Positions 61,686 to 64,000 of a stretch of DNA of 64,000 bases are shown here, one piece after another. Both the position numbers and the translations under genes were made by a program. Below the pieces are notes generated by a model, which made no database searches, was not told where the DNA came from, and saw only the letters and a program-made list of their open reading frames with translations. How positions within the stretch are numbered: position 1 is the first letter of the stretch; each line of letters opens with the position of its first letter. The DNA comes from Spirochaetaceae bacterium. GTDB taxonomy: Bacteria > Spirochaetota > Spirochaetia > DSM-2461. Location: positions 622,977-686,976 of the forward strand of contig JAOPTT010000006.1 in NCBI GenBank assembly GCA_051531975.1. Direction: 5' to 3'.

Positions 61686-61945
61686 TTTACAATCCTTATG
61701 GTTAGGCCTAACCTAATTATATATAAATATCTGAATATTTAAAAGGTATGTATTTTTTTATTCAACGTCAACAAAAATTGTAAAAAAAATTAAAAAGCAG
61801 CAATACTTCTAATATTAGTATTGAATACTGGGGTAATTCAGGGAATACAGGATTTGAAATGGACTGATTAGAGCCTATAATAAAATTAAGATATATTTGC
61901 ACTCCTATTAATATTCTTTTATAATTAATAATAGGAAGTAACCCT

Positions 61946-64000
61946 ATGAAAACTGATACCTACACAGTACTACCACGAGGTGGATATATAATTGATACGG
62001 AACTTGGCTATATTCAATTTGGAGCTCCACCTGAAACAATTAAAGATACTATGATGATGCCAAAAGGTGTTCCAAATATCTTTGTCATTTTGGATAAGAT
62101 GTTTGACCCAGACAAAGGAATTAGTCTAGCAGAAATAGAGTTCCCTATATATTTTAATTATTTCATTTTACAAAGAAAGACAATTATTATTTGCAAGAAA
62201 GATCAAGTCTCACGATTAAAGGAAGTACTTCAAGAGGCTCTTTTTGGTCCTAAAATAATTAATTTAAATATCGATTATGATTTAGAATATAAAGATATGT
62301 CAGTACCAGATATAGAAAAAGAGATGAGTCACTTTCGAAATAATCTTAAATTCTCTGATGTCGTTACTGTTGGATTAATTAAAAATGATTCCTGTACTAT
62401 AGGCAATGTAACTATAAAAAATATGAAAAAAGGATTCCTTGAGGTAAGTGAAAAAGGAAAACTTCTTGCAAAGATTCCTGATGAAATTCAGTATAAACCA
62501 TCTATTTCTATTGGAGAGAGACTACCAGAGCCCTATGAACCTGATTTATTTAGTATAACCTGTCTAGGTCCGAGTCATGGATTTGATCCTAAAGAGAATA
62601 CATCAGGTTATATTATTTGGTTAAATCATCATGGGATAATGGTTGATCCACCTGTAAATTCGACAGAATGGTTAAGGGATTCCAATGTTAATCCTCAATT
62701 AATTGACAGTATTATTTTGACCCACTGTCACGCTGATCATGATGCAGGAACATTTCAAAAAATTATCGAAGAGAAAAGAATAACAATTTATTCTACTGAA
62801 ACAGTGATAATGAGTTTTGTACGAAAGTATGCAGCTCTTTCAGGAATGGATGTTTCATATCTAAAAAAACTTTTTACTTTCCATCCAATAAAGATAGGGA
62901 AACCAGTATTTATTCACGGTGGGAATTTCGAGATGTTTTATACATTACATTCCATACCCACTCTTGGTTTTAAAATGAAATTCCAAGATCAAACATTTGT
63001 ATATTCATCTGATCATAATAACGATCCTGAGGTTCATAAAGATCTTTTTGAAAGGGGAATTATCTCTAAAGAGCGTTATGATGAATTTTCCAGTTTCCCC
63101 TGGGATTATAAAGTTATCTACCATGAATCAGGAGTCCCTCCTCTTCATACCCCAATAAATTATCTTGACTCCCTACCAGAGGAAGTAAAAAAAAGGATTG
63201 TAGTTTATCATATCGCTAAAAAAGATTTTCCTGACGATAGCTCGCTATCTCTTGCAAATTTTGGGATAGAAAATACTCTAGTATTCCCAACAAGTACTCC
63301 TTATTATGAAAAGACTTATAAAGTTTTAAATGTTTTGAACCATATAGATTTTTTCCAGGATATGGAAATAAGTAAAGCCCAGGATTTCATATCCATAGTA
63401 AATGAAGAAAATTTCAAAAAAGGTGACTTAATTATTGAAAAAGGAACCCCTGGTGATAAGTTCTATATAATATATTCCGGAAATGTTTCTATAGTAGGTA
63501 CAGAGTTTAAACAGAAGAAGATATATGGGACTTATGAATATTTTGGAGAAGTTGCCTTAATAACAAAAAAAGTACGTACAGCTAATGTTATGGCAGAGAC
63601 AGATGTAGTTGCATATTCAATAGGAAGAGATGAATTCCTAGATTTTATCGATGGAACAGATTTTAAACAGACTCTTTTAAGGTTAACAAAAATAAGAAGT
63701 GCAGATACATGGAATTTACTCTCAAGCAGTCCATTTTTTAAATATTGCTCATCCTATCAAAAGACATGGCTCGAATCAATTTTTATTCCTATAGAAAAAA
63801 CAGGAATAGGAACGCTTCAAAAAGAGAGTGAAAAAATAAAATATATCTATATAATTAAAAGTGGTGAAGTTCTAGTATCAAAAAATGAAAAAAGTATAAC
63901 AACTATTAAACGTGGCGACTTTATTGGAATGATGTCACAAGTTTATAAAAACGAAGCTTCAGATTATACATTCTCATATAACTCTAAAGTTGAGTTATAT
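61946..64000 (+). CDS. MBL-fold hydrolase with C-terminal cNMP-binding domains (cyclic-nucleotide phosphodiesterase-like), runs off the window's right edge
   Basis: ATG 61946 MKTDTYTVLPRGGY..., THCHADHDAG, HSIP, YSSDH, then GDKFYII..G...FGE.AL....RTANV. Confidence 0.85.
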   Translation, partial: MKTDTYTVLPRGGYIIDTELGYIQFGAPPETIKDTMMMPKGVPNIFVILDKMFDPDKGISLAEIEFPIYFNYFILQRKTIIICKKDQVSRLKEVLQEALFGPKIINLNIDYDLEYKDMSVPDIEKEMSHFRNNLKFSDVVTVGLIKNDSCTIGNVTIKNMKKGFLEVSEKGKLLAKIPDEIQYKPSISIGERLPEPYEPDLFSITCLGPSHGFDPKENTSGYIIWLNHHGIMVDPPVNSTEWLRDSNVNPQLIDSIILTHCHADHDAGTFQKIIEEKRITIYSTETVIMSFVRKYAALSGMDVSYLKKLFTFHPIKIGKPVFIHGGNFEMFYTLHSIPTLGFKMKFQDQTFVYSSDHNNDPEVHKDLFERGIISKERYDEFSSFPWDYKVIYHESGVPPLHTPINYLDSLPEEVKKRIVVYHIAKKDFPDDSSLSLANFGIENTLVFPTSTPYYEKTYKVLNVLNHIDFFQDMEISKAQDFISIVNEENFKKGDLIIEKGTPGDKFYIIYSGNVSIVGTEFKQKKIYGTYEYFGEVALITKKVRTANVMAETDVVAYSIGRDEFLDFIDGTDFKQTLLRLTKIRSADTWNLLSSSPFFKYCSSYQKTWLESIFIPIEKTGIGTLQKESEKIKYIYIIKSGEVLVSKNEKSITTIKRGDFIGMMSQVYKNEASDYTFSYNSKVELY

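Overview
Very AT-rich bacterial DNA. A low-GC spirochaete origin is plausible from the short SSB, spirochaete-style lipoproteins and the MBL/cNMP gene, but this is inference only. Positions 1 to ~42.0 kb are the right-hand part of a large integrative element (ICE, prophage or satellite mosaic); no integrase and no virion genes lie in the window. It contains: (i) a leftward establishment/anti-defence operon with four tandem RadC/JAB paralogues (only one catalytically intact), an AAA_24 ATPase, ParB, ArdC and DUF6573; (ii) SSB, an NB-ARC-TPR (NLR-like) gene, a secreted nuclease and surface lipoproteins; (iii) a replication module of palindromic tandem repeats, an Xis-like HTH, a D5/SF3 helicase and a Rep_trans-like initiator beside large hairpins; (iv) defence-like cargo (two DUF2971, RnlA-like, HEPN). 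The most striking structure is at 41.9-55.5 kb: five complete copies plus partial copies of a ~160-bp attachment-site-like unit. Each has a TGTAGCCAA-type direct-repeat pair, about ten TACAAA-like motifs phased at 10 bp, and a core matching a tmRNA/tRNA-Ala 3' end (TTCGATTCCCTCCACCTCCA) at a fixed 138-139 bp from the arm. These units partition the DNA into integrase-less cassettes carrying an AbiF-type HEPN gene with an upstream structured RNA, a patchwork of small genes ending in yhfG-fic, and two MNT-HEPN toxin-antitoxin pairs. The window ends with pntA1-pntA2-pntB, marR-lon and a truncated MBL-fold/cNMP-binding gene. All family calls come from motif recognition by eye; no searches were run.
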